Shown piece by piece: positions 9,051 to 18,019 of a stretch of 32,000 nt of DNA (the stretch's first letter is position 1; every line of letters starts with the position of its first letter). This stretch comes from Candidatus Arthromitus sp. SFB-rat-Yit (GTDB lineage: Bacteria > Bacillota > Clostridia > Clostridiales > Clostridiaceae): the NCBI RefSeq assembly GCF_000283555.1, contig NC_016012.1:450001-482000 (forward strand). The letters run 5' to 3'. The notes beneath the pieces were generated by a model, which made no database searches, had not been told where the DNA came from, and saw only the letters and a program-made list of their open reading frames with translations. The translations under genes were made by a program, and so were the position numbers.

Positions 9051-9833
9051 TTGAATTATATAAGTAGTTTAGAAAATAAACTTTTTAAAGAAATCATGAG
9101 TTTAAAAGTTCGGAAGAACAGATATAAAAGTAAGTTGTATCTTATAGAAGGAATAAGATTTGTGGAAGAAGCTATTAAAAATAACTGTGAGATAAATTAT
9201 GTAATAATTTCTGAGTCGAAGAAGGATTATATAATTGATAGATTTAATTTTAAAGATGGCTTATTTAATGTTATAGTTTTTTCAGATGAGTTATTTGAAA
9301 AGGTCAAGCAAACAGAAAAAACTCAGGGGATAATTGCATGTTTAAAAATTAGGGATACTTTTAAAAAATTTGATTTTAATGAAGGAATATACTTTTTAAT
9401 TGATAAAATTCAAGATCCAGGGAATTTAGGAACTATAATTAGGACTGCTGTTGCTGTTAATGCTTTAGGCATTATATTAATAAAAGGAAGTGTTGATATA
9501 TATAATGATAAAGTTTTAAGATCAACAATGGGTTCTATTTTTAAGATAAATATTAATTTTATAGAGAGCTATTTAGAATTAAATGAGTTTATAGAAAATG
9601 ATTTTAAGCTTGTTATAGCTGATGCTTATAGTGATAATAATTATTATCATGTAGATTTAAAAGGTAAGATTATTTTAGCTATTGGAAATGAGGGGAATGG
9701 TATTTCCGATGAGGTTAAGAATTTTCCTCATATTAAAGTTCGTATTCCTATGTGTAATGATCTTGAATCTTTAAACGTTGCTCAAGCACTTAGCATTATT
9801 GCCTTTGAGCGTGTTAGACAATTAGATATATAA
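9051..9833 (+). CDS. TrmH/SpoU-family rRNA/tRNA methyltransferase
   Basis: IDKIQDPGNLGTIIRTAVAVNALGIILIKGSVDIYNDKVLRSTMGSIF...ILAIGNEGNGISDEV...VRIPMCNDLESLNVAQALSIIAFE. SD 'agagg' supports TTG 9051 rather than the ORF start 8991 inside ktrA. Confidence 0.9.
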   Translation: MNYISSLENKLFKEIMSLKVRKNRYKSKLYLIEGIRFVEEAIKNNCEINYVIISESKKDYIIDRFNFKDGLFNVIVFSDELFEKVKQTEKTQGIIACLKIRDTFKKFDFNEGIYFLIDKIQDPGNLGTIIRTAVAVNALGIILIKGSVDIYNDKVLRSTMGSIFKININFIESYLELNEFIENDFKLVIADAYSDNNYYHVDLKGKIILAIGNEGNGISDEVKNFPHIKVRIPMCNDLESLNVAQALSIIAFERVRQLDI

Positions 9834-9848
9834 ACTTGATTGATATAT

Positions 9849-9880
9849 TCCTTGATTTTAACTAATCAAGGAGTTTTTTA
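9849..9880 (+). terminator. intrinsic terminator
   Basis: CCTTGATT (9850-9857) / AATCAAGG (9864-9871) then T-run. Confidence 0.7.
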
Positions 9881-9895
9881 TTTTTTATTGGAAGG

Positions 9896-10924
9896 ATGAG
9901 GATTTTGAAAGAGAAATTAGAACAGCTACTTAATTCTGTAATTGATCAACTTAGAAGTGTTGATTCAATATGTAAATTTGAAGAATTAAGAGTTAGGTAT
10001 TTAGGGAAAAAAAGTGAGTTATCAAATGTATTGAAAAATATGAAGAATTTGTCTAATGAAGAGAAAATTTCTACTGGGAAAATTATAAATAAGATAAAGA
10101 AGAAGATGGAAGCAAAATTTTCGGAAACTTTTGAAAAAATTAAGAATTTTGAAATGGAGAAAAAATTAAAGGAAGAAGTAATTGATATTACTTTGCCAGG
10201 TAAAAAAATATCTCTTGGTCATAAAAATCCAATTCAGATTGTTTTAGATGAAATACAAGAAATATTTCTAAATATGGGATTTGTGATTGAGGAAGGCCCG
10301 GATATTGACACTGAATATTATAATTTTGAGGCTTTAAATATTTTTAAAGATCATCCAGCTAGAAGTGAGCAAGATACTTTTTATATAGATGATGATCATG
10401 TTTTGAGAACACATACTTCTACTATACAAATTAGAACGATGGAAAATAAAAAGCCACCTATAAAGATTATTGCACCTGGACGTGTTTATAGATCAGATGA
10501 GTTAGATGCGACGCATTCTCCAATATTTTATCAGATGGAGGGACTTGTTGTAGATAAAAATATTAATATGGCTCATCTTAAGTTTACTCTAAATAAGTTT
10601 ATAAAGCTTATGTTTGGTTCGGAAATAAAAACTAAGTTTAGAGCACATCATTTTCCATTTACAGAGCCTTCTGCTGAGATGGATGTTAGTTGTTTTGCTT
10701 GTAAAGGAATTGGTTGCTCTATTTGTAAAAATAGCGGTTATATTGAAATATTAGGTTGTGGTATGGTACATCCTGATGTTTTAAGAAGATGTGATATAGA
10801 TCCTGAAGAGTATAGTGGCTTTGCTTTTGGTTTTGGTATAGATAGAATGGTGATGCTCAAGTATGGAATTGAGGATATAAGACTTTTATATGAAAGTAAT
10901 TTAAAATTTTTATCTCAATTTTAA
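9896..10924 (+). CDS. pheS: phenylalanyl-tRNA synthetase alpha subunit
   Basis: [49 protein letters not shown]...LRTHTS...[22 protein letters not shown]...[22 protein letters not shown]. Confidence 0.98.
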   Translation: MRILKEKLEQLLNSVIDQLRSVDSICKFEELRVRYLGKKSELSNVLKNMKNLSNEEKISTGKIINKIKKKMEAKFSETFEKIKNFEMEKKLKEEVIDITLPGKKISLGHKNPIQIVLDEIQEIFLNMGFVIEEGPDIDTEYYNFEALNIFKDHPARSEQDTFYIDDDHVLRTHTSTIQIRTMENKKPPIKIIAPGRVYRSDELDATHSPIFYQMEGLVVDKNINMAHLKFTLNKFIKLMFGSEIKTKFRAHHFPFTEPSAEMDVSCFACKGIGCSICKNSGYIEILGCGMVHPDVLRRCDIDPEEYSGFAFGFGIDRMVMLKYGIEDIRLLYESNLKFLSQF

Positions 10925-10941
10925 TTTATGGGAGGATATTA

Positions 10942-13302
10942 ATGAGGGTTTCATTTGAATGGATTAAAGAGTATTTTAATGAAGATTTAGAGTTAAATGA
11001 TGTATGTGATAAGTTAACTATTAGTGGAACAAAGGTTGAAAACGTAGAGTCAAATAAAATTGAAGTTAAGAATGTTGTTACTGGGTTTATTGAGGAAATT
11101 AAGCCTCATCCAGATGCTGAAAAGCTTGTTGTATGTAAGGTTAATATTGGAGATGAGTATGTTCAAATAGTTACTGGTGCAAAAAATATGAAAGAAGGGG
11201 ATATTGTACCTGTTGCATTACATGGAGCAGTTTTGGCAGGGGGACTTAAAATTAAAAAAGGGAAATTGCGTGGGGTTGAATCTCAGGGAATGATGTGTTC
11301 TGAAGAAGAATTAGGACTTTGTGATCATGCTGATGGTCTTATGATTTTGAAAGATGTTCCGATTGGGAAAAATATAGTTGATGTTTTAGATTCAGGAGAA
11401 GATATTATTGAGTTTGAAATAACGTCAAATCGTCCAGATTGTTTAGGAGTTATGGGAATAGCAAGAGAAATTAAAGCTGTATATGATGTTGATTTTAAAA
11501 ATCCAAATTTAGAGTTTAGGTGTAGTGGGGATAAAAATATTAACGATATTTTAAAGGTTGATGTTCAAACAAAAGATTGTAGAAGATATTCTGCTAGGGT
11601 TATTGAAAATGTAAAGATTTGCGATTCTCCTAAATTTATACAAGATAGATTGATTTCATCAGGTATTAGACCAATAAATAATATTGTAGATTTGACAAAT
11701 TATGTAATGCTTGAGATAGGTCAACCAATGCATGCATTTGATTATGACCTTGTTAGAGATTCAAAAATTGTAGTTGAATATAGTTCAAATGGTGATAAAA
11801 TTACTACTCTTGATGGAGTAGATAGAGAACTTGATAATTCTATAATTTGTATAAAGGATTCTAAAGGTGCATTAGCCTTAGGTGGAATTATGGGAGGGGA
11901 GTACTCTAAAGTCAATCATAATACTAAGAAGATTATACTTGAGAGTGCAAATTTTAAATTTGATGTTATACGTAGAGCATCAAGAAAATTAAATTTAAGA
12001 TCTGAAAGTTCTTTAAGATTTGAAAAAGGGATAGATGATAATTTAACTATTGTTGCTTTAGATAGGTTTTGTAGTTTGTTTGAAGAATTGTCATATGGGG
12101 ATATAGTAAATGGAACTATAGATATTATCAATGAGAGTTATGAGAAGGTTAATATAGAAGTTACACCAGAATATATAAATAAATTTTTAGGAACGTCAAT
12201 ATCTAAATTCGATATTATAAAAATATTTAAAAATTTAGATATGGAAGTAAAAGAGGAAAATGGAATTTTAATAGTAACACCTCCTACATTTAGACGTGAT
12301 GTGTTTATTAAAGAGGATTTGGCTGAGGAAATTGCAAGAATTTATGGATATAATCGAATTGAAGAGGAAGATTTATTAAATGCTTTACAGGAAATTGGAA
12401 AAACTAAAAAACAAAAGTTTATTGATAATATTTTAAATTTGATGGTATCTCTAGGATTTAGTCAATCGATAAGTTATTCATTTTATAGTCCAAAATCTTT
12501 TGATAAGATGAATTTGGATAAAGATAGTGAATTAAGAAATGTAATTAGTATAAGAAATCCATTGGGTGAAGATTATAGTGTTATGAGAACAACTATGATT
12601 CCATCAATGATTGAAGCACTATGTAGAAATAATTCATATTCAAATAGTGAAGCTTGCATATTTGATATAGGAAAAACTTATAGTAAAGGCAGAGATGGAA
12701 ATATTTTAGAAAATAATGTTTTAACTATTGGTATGTATGGTAAAAAATTTGATTATTTTACTCTTAAAGGAGTTGTCGAGGCATTATTTAAACATATTGG
12801 TATAACTTTTATGCTTGAGAGAGAAGGGGAAACTTTTTATCATCCGGGTAAGTCAGCAAGAATAGTCTTGGGAAAAAATATTTTAGGAAAATTTGGAGCG
12901 ATTCATCCATACGTGATGAAAAATTATGATACTAAAGTAGAATTTTTTATATGTGAAATATATTTAGATAAGGTATTTAACCTATATAAATTTGATAAAA
13001 AGTATAAGCAAATTCCGAAATATCCAAGTGTAACTTTTGATTTAAGCATAGTTGTGGATGAAAATGTATTAGTTCAGGATATAGAAAAAATTATAAAATC
13101 AAAATCGGGAAGTATTTTAGAAAGTCTAGATATATTCGATATTTATAGAGGATCGCAAATTCCTGAGGGGAAAAAAAGTGTATCTTATAGTATAATATTT
13201 AGAGATATTAGAAAAACTTTAAATGATAAAGAAATAAATAAGTTAATAGAAATGATCTTAAATGATCTTAAATTGAAATTAGGAGCTGAACTTAGAAAGT
13301 AG
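10942..13302 (+). CDS. pheT: phenylalanyl-tRNA synthetase beta subunit
   Basis: Full-length 786 aa with tRNA-binding domain, B5, synthetase-like and FDX-ACB domains. Confidence 0.98.
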   Translation: MRVSFEWIKEYFNEDLELNDVCDKLTISGTKVENVESNKIEVKNVVTGFIEEIKPHPDAEKLVVCKVNIGDEYVQIVTGAKNMKEGDIVPVALHGAVLAGGLKIKKGKLRGVESQGMMCSEEELGLCDHADGLMILKDVPIGKNIVDVLDSGEDIIEFEITSNRPDCLGVMGIAREIKAVYDVDFKNPNLEFRCSGDKNINDILKVDVQTKDCRRYSARVIENVKICDSPKFIQDRLISSGIRPINNIVDLTNYVMLEIGQPMHAFDYDLVRDSKIVVEYSSNGDKITTLDGVDRELDNSIICIKDSKGALALGGIMGGEYSKVNHNTKKIILESANFKFDVIRRASRKLNLRSESSLRFEKGIDDNLTIVALDRFCSLFEELSYGDIVNGTIDIINESYEKVNIEVTPEYINKFLGTSISKFDIIKIFKNLDMEVKEENGILIVTPPTFRRDVFIKEDLAEEIARIYGYNRIEEEDLLNALQEIGKTKKQKFIDNILNLMVSLGFSQSISYSFYSPKSFDKMNLDKDSELRNVISIRNPLGEDYSVMRTTMIPSMIEALCRNNSYSNSEACIFDIGKTYSKGRDGNILENNVLTIGMYGKKFDYFTLKGVVEALFKHIGITFMLEREGETFYHPGKSARIVLGKNILGKFGAIHPYVMKNYDTKVEFFICEIYLDKVFNLYKFDKKYKQIPKYPSVTFDLSIVVDENVLVQDIEKIIKSKSGSILESLDIFDIYRGSQIPEGKKSVSYSIIFRDIRKTLNDKEINKLIEMILNDLKLKLGAELRK

Positions 13303-13319
13303 TAATAAGGAGGGTAATT

Positions 13320-14348
13320 ATGAAGTTAATATTATTTGATGCAAAACCTTATGATAAGGAATATTTTGATATGTATTCTAGAGAATATAATGTTGATATT
13401 GTTTATGAGGATAAGAAACTTACATTTGAAACATGTCATTTAGCGAATGGATTTGATGCAGTTTGTATATTTGTTAATGATGTTGTTGATAAAGAAGTTA
13501 TTGATAAATTACATGAATTCGGAATTAAGTTAATTGTTCTAAGATGTGCAGGATATAATGGAGTGGATATTAAATATGCAAAAAATAAAATAACTGTAGT
13601 TAGAGTTCCTGCATATTCACCAAATTCAATTGCAGAAATATCAATTGGTATGATACTTACTTTAACAAGGAAAATTAATAAGGCTATTAATAAAACTAAA
13701 AATTACAATTTTTCTCTTGAAGGATTGGTAGGATTTGATTTATTCAATAGAACTGTTGGTATAATTGGAACTGGTAAGATTGCACAAGAATTTATGAAAA
13801 TTTTATCAGGCATAGGCATGAAAATATTAGCATATGATTTGTATCCAAATTATGAATTGGAGAGTAAGCTAGGATTTAAATATGTTGATTTGGATACTAT
13901 CTATAAGGAAAGTGATATTATTTCTTTACATTGTCCATTAACTAGTGATAATGCACACATGATAAATAAGGATTCAATATCTAAGATGAAAGATAGAGTT
14001 ATAATTGTAAATACAGCTAGAGGAATGTTAATTGATACGAAAGCATTAATTGATGCGATAAAATCTGGAAAAGTTTATGGTGCAGCTTTAGATGTTTATG
14101 AGAATGAGAAAAATTATTTCTTTAATGATTGTTCAGAAACAGGCATTGATGATGAAATGTTAAAGGAGCTTTTATCACTTGAGAATGTTATACTTTTTTC
14201 ACATCAAGCTTATTTAACAGAAGAAGCATTAACAAATATTGCATTAGTTTCTTTAAATAATATTAAGAGTTTTTGTAATAACGAATTTTTGAATAACGAA
14301 GTATTTTATGATGAATTACAAGATAAGATAGTTGATTTTAGGAAATAG
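13320..14348 (+). CDS. D-2-hydroxyacid dehydrogenase, D-lactate dehydrogenase type
   Basis: VLRCAGYNGVDIKYAK, RTVGIIGTGKIAQEFMKI, SLHCPLT, IIVNTARGMLIDTKAL, FSHQAYLTEEALTNIA. Confidence 0.9.
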   Translation: MKLILFDAKPYDKEYFDMYSREYNVDIVYEDKKLTFETCHLANGFDAVCIFVNDVVDKEVIDKLHEFGIKLIVLRCAGYNGVDIKYAKNKITVVRVPAYSPNSIAEISIGMILTLTRKINKAINKTKNYNFSLEGLVGFDLFNRTVGIIGTGKIAQEFMKILSGIGMKILAYDLYPNYELESKLGFKYVDLDTIYKESDIISLHCPLTSDNAHMINKDSISKMKDRVIIVNTARGMLIDTKALIDAIKSGKVYGAALDVYENEKNYFFNDCSETGIDDEMLKELLSLENVILFSHQAYLTEEALTNIALVSLNNIKSFCNNEFLNNEVFYDELQDKIVDFRK

Positions 14349-14360
14349 ATAATAAATTTA

Positions 14361-14396
14361 TTGCAGTAATAAATCACTATTACTGCAAATTTTTTA
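14361..14396 (+). terminator. intrinsic terminator
   Basis: TTGCAGTAATA / TATTACTGCAA perfect 11-bp stem, then T-run. Confidence 0.85.
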
Positions 14397-14429
14397 TAAT
14401 TTATAAAGTCATATGAGGAGCAAATGATA

Positions 14430-15128
14430 ATGAAAGTATATAAATTTTTGGCTTCATTTACAGTTATAGTTTTATTTGTTAGTTTGTTTTTTAATACAAA
14501 TGTACATGCTATAATAAATAGATATTTTGAAGATACTTTTGAGGTAAGTGTACCAGGGCTTCCAAGCAAGTATAGTAATGTATTTTGTAATTTAGAAGAT
14601 GTTAGTGTTGAAATAAAAGAGGATAAGATAGTAATATTAAATCTTGTTCCCGATCAGGTTTATCATAATGTTGAAATTACATTTACAGATGATATCGGTA
14701 GAAAATATGAATTTAATTTTGATAATGTTATAACTTCACTACCAAAGAAAGCGAATAACAAATTTGTTTATGATGCTTATTTAAATGGGTTAGGGAGAAA
14801 ACCTGATCATACAGGATTTAAATATTGGTTTGGAAGATTAAGTAGTGGAACTATTACGGCTGTGGACTTTATAAATGAAATGGTAAGTTCAGATGAATTT
14901 AATTCAAATTATAGTATGTCTATAGAAAAGATAAAGGCATTATATAAAACTGTAGTGGGAAGAGAAGCGGATGAAGAGGGACTTGGTTTTTGGTTAAGTG
15001 AATTTAATATTTTAGTAGAACAAAATGGTATTAAAAGTAGTAATGCAATATTAGAGTTAGTAAAAAGAATGGTAAGTGAAAATGAATTTATTAGTATAGT
15101 GGAAGAGGCGGGCTTTATATATAACTAA
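14430..15128 (+). CDS. secreted DUF4214 domain protein with N-terminal beta-sandwich-like region
   Basis: Signal peptide MKVYKFLASFTVIVLFVSLFFNTNVHA; DUF4214-like FVYDAYLNGLGRKPDHTGFKYWFGRLSSGTITAVDFINEMVSSDEF...LYKTVVGREADEEGLGFWLSEF. SD GAGGAG favours ATG 14430. Confidence 0.8.
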   Translation: MKVYKFLASFTVIVLFVSLFFNTNVHAIINRYFEDTFEVSVPGLPSKYSNVFCNLEDVSVEIKEDKIVILNLVPDQVYHNVEITFTDDIGRKYEFNFDNVITSLPKKANNKFVYDAYLNGLGRKPDHTGFKYWFGRLSSGTITAVDFINEMVSSDEFNSNYSMSIEKIKALYKTVVGREADEEGLGFWLSEFNILVEQNGIKSSNAILELVKRMVSENEFISIVEEAGFIYN

Positions 15129-15156
15129 AGGGGAGATAAGCTCCCCCTTTTTTATT
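15127..15156 (+). terminator. intrinsic terminator
   Basis: GGGGAG ataag CTCCCC then long T-rich tail. Confidence 0.75.
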
Positions 15157-15158
15157 TT

Positions 15159-16253
15159 TTAAAATAATTTTAAACTTAATTCATCACTTTGGTTATCGAA
15201 AAGATCAACTAATTTAATTTTTAAATTTATGTAGTCATCTACTTCTAGTATGGATTGTTTAGTAAGCTCAGAATATTCGCCATTATTTATTTTATACAAT
15301 ATTTTTTTAATTGAGTTATGATTATATAAATCTAAAACAACTCTAAACATTAAATCATTAGTTGAAACAGATGGAATATTTGGTTTATTTAAAATATCAG
15401 CTATTATTGAAATTAGGAAGGTTGCACATTTATTTATATAAATTGTATTTGTTTCAGAAACGATTCTTACGAAATCAATTTTATTATTTGAAATATTATT
15501 GAATTGAGTTTTATCTATAATTTCTGAAAAATTAATAAAGTTAAATGAATTATAATTAATAGAATCGTTAATAAATGTAGATATTTTGGATTCATTATTT
15601 AAATTTAATACATTGACTTTATTAAGGGTGTCTTCAAATTGAAGATCTATTATAGATAATAAATCGAGATGAACCAATACATCATCTATTGAAGTATTAA
15701 TAGTGTTGCTAATACTTGACGAATTATTAATGAATAATACAGAAAGATGATATTTTTTATTAAAATTTTCAAATAATCTAAGCATTTCAAATATCATTGA
15801 AATATTTTTAGGATTAAATTCATTATTTGAATTAAAGTATGTTGTAGTAATTAAAAGGGTTTTTGTATTAATATCACCTAACTCGGATCTTTTAGTGAAA
15901 AGGATATTATTATTTTTGGATTTTTGTGCGAAATTGTATTCAATTTCTTCATTAAAACCAATATTATCTAAAACATTTATAATTCTAGCATTAAGATTTT
16001 TTATAAATTCATAATTTGATGGATAATCTTGATATATTTTTTGTAATTCATTAGATTGAGAGTTTATATTTGAAATTTCAAAATTCACTTCATCTATAGC
16101 AAGATTTTTATATAATTTATTAACTTCAATATCAACATTGAATTTTTTATTAGCAGTATTATTTCCATAATATCTATTTGATATAGTAAAACGTGAACAA
16201 GATGTGATTGAAAAAATTATAAGGAACATAAATATATATTGTTGTAATTTCAT
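15159..16253 (-). CDS. predicted lipoprotein, possibly a degenerate M28-peptidase-like fold
   Basis: Lipobox MKLQQYIFMFLIIFSITS|C; the ORF track extends to 16268 but GGGG at 16263-16266 is better placed for ATG 16253. M28 resemblance is topology and motif order only. Confidence 0.6.
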   Translation of the reverse strand: MKLQQYIFMFLIIFSITSCSRFTISNRYYGNNTANKKFNVDIEVNKLYKNLAIDEVNFEISNINSQSNELQKIYQDYPSNYEFIKNLNARIINVLDNIGFNEEIEYNFAQKSKNNNILFTKRSELGDINTKTLLITTTYFNSNNEFNPKNISMIFEMLRLFENFNKKYHLSVLFINNSSSISNTINTSIDDVLVHLDLLSIIDLQFEDTLNKVNVLNLNNESKISTFINDSINYNSFNFINFSEIIDKTQFNNISNNKIDFVRIVSETNTIYINKCATFLISIIADILNKPNIPSVSTNDLMFRVVLDLYNHNSIKKILYKINNGEYSELTKQSILEVDDYINLKIKLVDLFDNQSDELSLKLF

Positions 16254-16280
16254 TAGTAAAATCCCCACTAAGTTAAAATT

Positions 16281-16544
16281 TTAGAGTATATTATTTTTTA
16301 TGTTATTTAATTTTGAATCTATGGAGTCTATTAAATTATTTTGTGTAAAATTAGTGTAATTTTCTATATTTAGATTATTAGCTTCTAATATTTTTTTAAT
16401 TTCGATTAATTCGGAGTCAATGTTATTGAGTTCAATGTCACTATAATTTTTATTAAAATTATTTAAATAAAAATTTATATTATTTATATTTGAGTTTATT
16501 TGATTGGCAGAGTTAAATAAATTTTGGATTTCATGTTCATCCAT
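16281..16544 (-). CDS. small Asn-rich, probably coiled-coil hypothetical protein
   Basis: 87-aa ORF immediately upstream of the lipoprotein gene, same strand, likely co-transcribed; SD-like ggagg upstream. Confidence 0.6.
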   Translation of the reverse strand: MDEHEIQNLFNSANQINSNINNINFYLNNFNKNYSDIELNNIDSELIEIKKILEANNLNIENYTNFTQNNLIDSIDSKLNNIKNNIL

Positions 16545-16684
16545 ACTACATTCCTCCAGAAAATAATTATAATATTAAATTATGCAAAAATAAACTTAAA
16601 GCGTTATGATTATAAAAATTAAATGTACATTTTTTAAAATAAGGATTAATAAAATAAAATAAAATAGAATTTATGGAGGGAATT

Positions 16685-17608
16685 GTGACCAAAACTAAAC
16701 TATTTAATTTTATTTTATTTATGGATTTTATAATATATATATTTTCAAATTTGATTCTATTTAAATATGTTCCGCAGAACTCATATTACATATTTTACAT
16801 GTGCTTAAGAGATATAATATTATTTTTATTTTCTATCGCAGTATATTTAAATTTTTATAATTCCAGAATAAGTTCAATGTTAGTGTTTCCAAAACTAAAT
16901 AGTAAAATTATTAAAAATTCAATAATAATTGGAATTTCATTTTATTTGATAGCTAATGGTGTGAATTTGATTTTTACATCAATATTTAAATTTACTTTAG
17001 GAAATAGGTTTTATCTGAATAATATTTATATAAGAGATTATTTTGGTTTTGAATTTATTTTTTATATTTTTGTTCATACGATTTTTACAGAATTATTTTT
17101 TAGATGTATTTTAAAAGATGCATTTAAATTTTTATCAAATAAGGCTAGATTGGTATTATCATCTATTATATTTTCATTTTTCTTTTTTGGATTGTCACAA
17201 ATTGTATATGGGTTTGTTATTGGAATTTTGTTAATGTGTTTTCTAGATAGAATAGGAAGCATGATTACTCTGATAATAGCAAGTTTAAGCATAAATATGG
17301 CTGATTATTTTGTCAGAGTAATTGGAAATAAATTTCCTAAGACTATAATTTCATCTAGAGTAGTAGTTAACAATAGTTCGGATATTTTTGTAAATTTGAT
17401 AATACCAATTATAATAATTCTTGTTGGGATCATAATATATTCGATATTAAGAGAAAATATAAAAATTAAAATACCATCTGTTTTACCCAATAATGTTAAG
17501 GAGGGTAATTTTAATATAAGTTTAAGTAATGTAGTAGATATTTATGTTTTGCTATTTTTTGTAACGTATTTTATTATCACATTTATAGGATATAAAATTT
17601 CTTCATAA
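16685..17608 (+). CDS. CPBP-like multi-pass membrane protein with degenerate catalytic motifs
   Basis: FTELFFRCILKD...LSSIIFSFFFFGLSQIVYGFVIGILLMCFLDRIGSMITLIIASLSINMAD matches CPBP topology but lacks EE and both His. SD GGAGGG favours GTG 16685 over ORF-track start 16673. Confidence 0.65.
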   Translation: MTKTKLFNFILFMDFIIYIFSNLILFKYVPQNSYYIFYMCLRDIILFLFSIAVYLNFYNSRISSMLVFPKLNSKIIKNSIIIGISFYLIANGVNLIFTSIFKFTLGNRFYLNNIYIRDYFGFEFIFYIFVHTIFTELFFRCILKDAFKFLSNKARLVLSSIIFSFFFFGLSQIVYGFVIGILLMCFLDRIGSMITLIIASLSINMADYFVRVIGNKFPKTIISSRVVVNNSSDIFVNLIIPIIIILVGIIIYSILRENIKIKIPSVLPNNVKEGNFNISLSNVVDIYVLLFFVTYFIITFIGYKISS

Positions 17609-17681
17609 TTTAAATTTTAGTTCAGTTTTTTGTTTTAGGGAATATATTGGATTGTTATATGTTTTAAAGGAGTACTAGTTT

Positions 17682-17915
17682 ATGTTTAAAAATAGATTAA
17701 GAAACTATGGGTTATGGGTATCAGTTGCAGCACTTATTCCATTATTGCTATCAGCATTTGGAATTAATTTTGTTAGTGAAGATAAATATGTACAGATAAT
17801 AAATTGCATATTATCTATATTAGTAGCTTTAGGACTTATAAATAATCCAGACACAAATAATCGTTGGTATAAAGATGATAAAATAGAAGAGTACAAAAAT
17901 AAAGAATTAAACTAA
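17682..17915 (+). CDS. small holin-like membrane protein (phiLC3-holin-like), orphan
   Basis: NYGLWVSVAALIPLLLSAFGI....YVQIINCILSILVALGLINNPDTNNRWYKDD matches the holin pattern 'NKxFW...LVALGIVNDPTT'. Confidence 0.65.
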   Translation: MFKNRLRNYGLWVSVAALIPLLLSAFGINFVSEDKYVQIINCILSILVALGLINNPDTNNRWYKDDKIEEYKNKELN

Positions 17916-17925
17916 TTATTATCTT

Positions 17926-17962
17926 CAGGAATAAATGTTAACATTTATTCCTGATTTTTTTG
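17926..17962 (+). terminator. intrinsic terminator
   Basis: CAGGAATAAATG TTAA CATTTATTCCTG then T-run. Confidence 0.85.
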
Positions 17963-17970
17963 TATAAATA

Positions 17971-17998
17971 TGTATTATTATGAAAATATGATAATACA
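17971..17998. promoter_or_regulatory. 28-bp near-palindrome upstream of the YWWG peptide gene, candidate operator
   Basis: TGTATTATTAT (17971-17981) GAAAAT ATGATAATACA (17988-17998); 10 of 11 arm positions complementary. Confidence 0.45.
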
Positions 17999-18019
17999 TC
18001 ATTGGTAAACGAGGATAGG

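Noticed and set aside
9834-9895. Possible T-box upstream of pheS
   Set aside because: Gap is only 62 bp and contains just a simple terminator; no T-box core or specifier loop visible
11916-12131. Minus-strand 71-aa ORF inside pheT
   Set aside because: Antisense shadow ORF
14306-14569. Minus-strand 87-aa ORF
   Set aside because: Overlaps a terminator and the start of the DUF4214 gene on the opposite strand; no SD
17074-17490. Minus-strand ORFs within the CPBP-like gene
   Set aside because: Antisense shadow ORFs; also 17705-17896 antisense to the holin-like gene
17682-17915. Prophage remnant suggested by the holin-like gene
   Set aside because: No other phage genes, att-like repeats or integrase in the window; the gene is bounded by its own terminator
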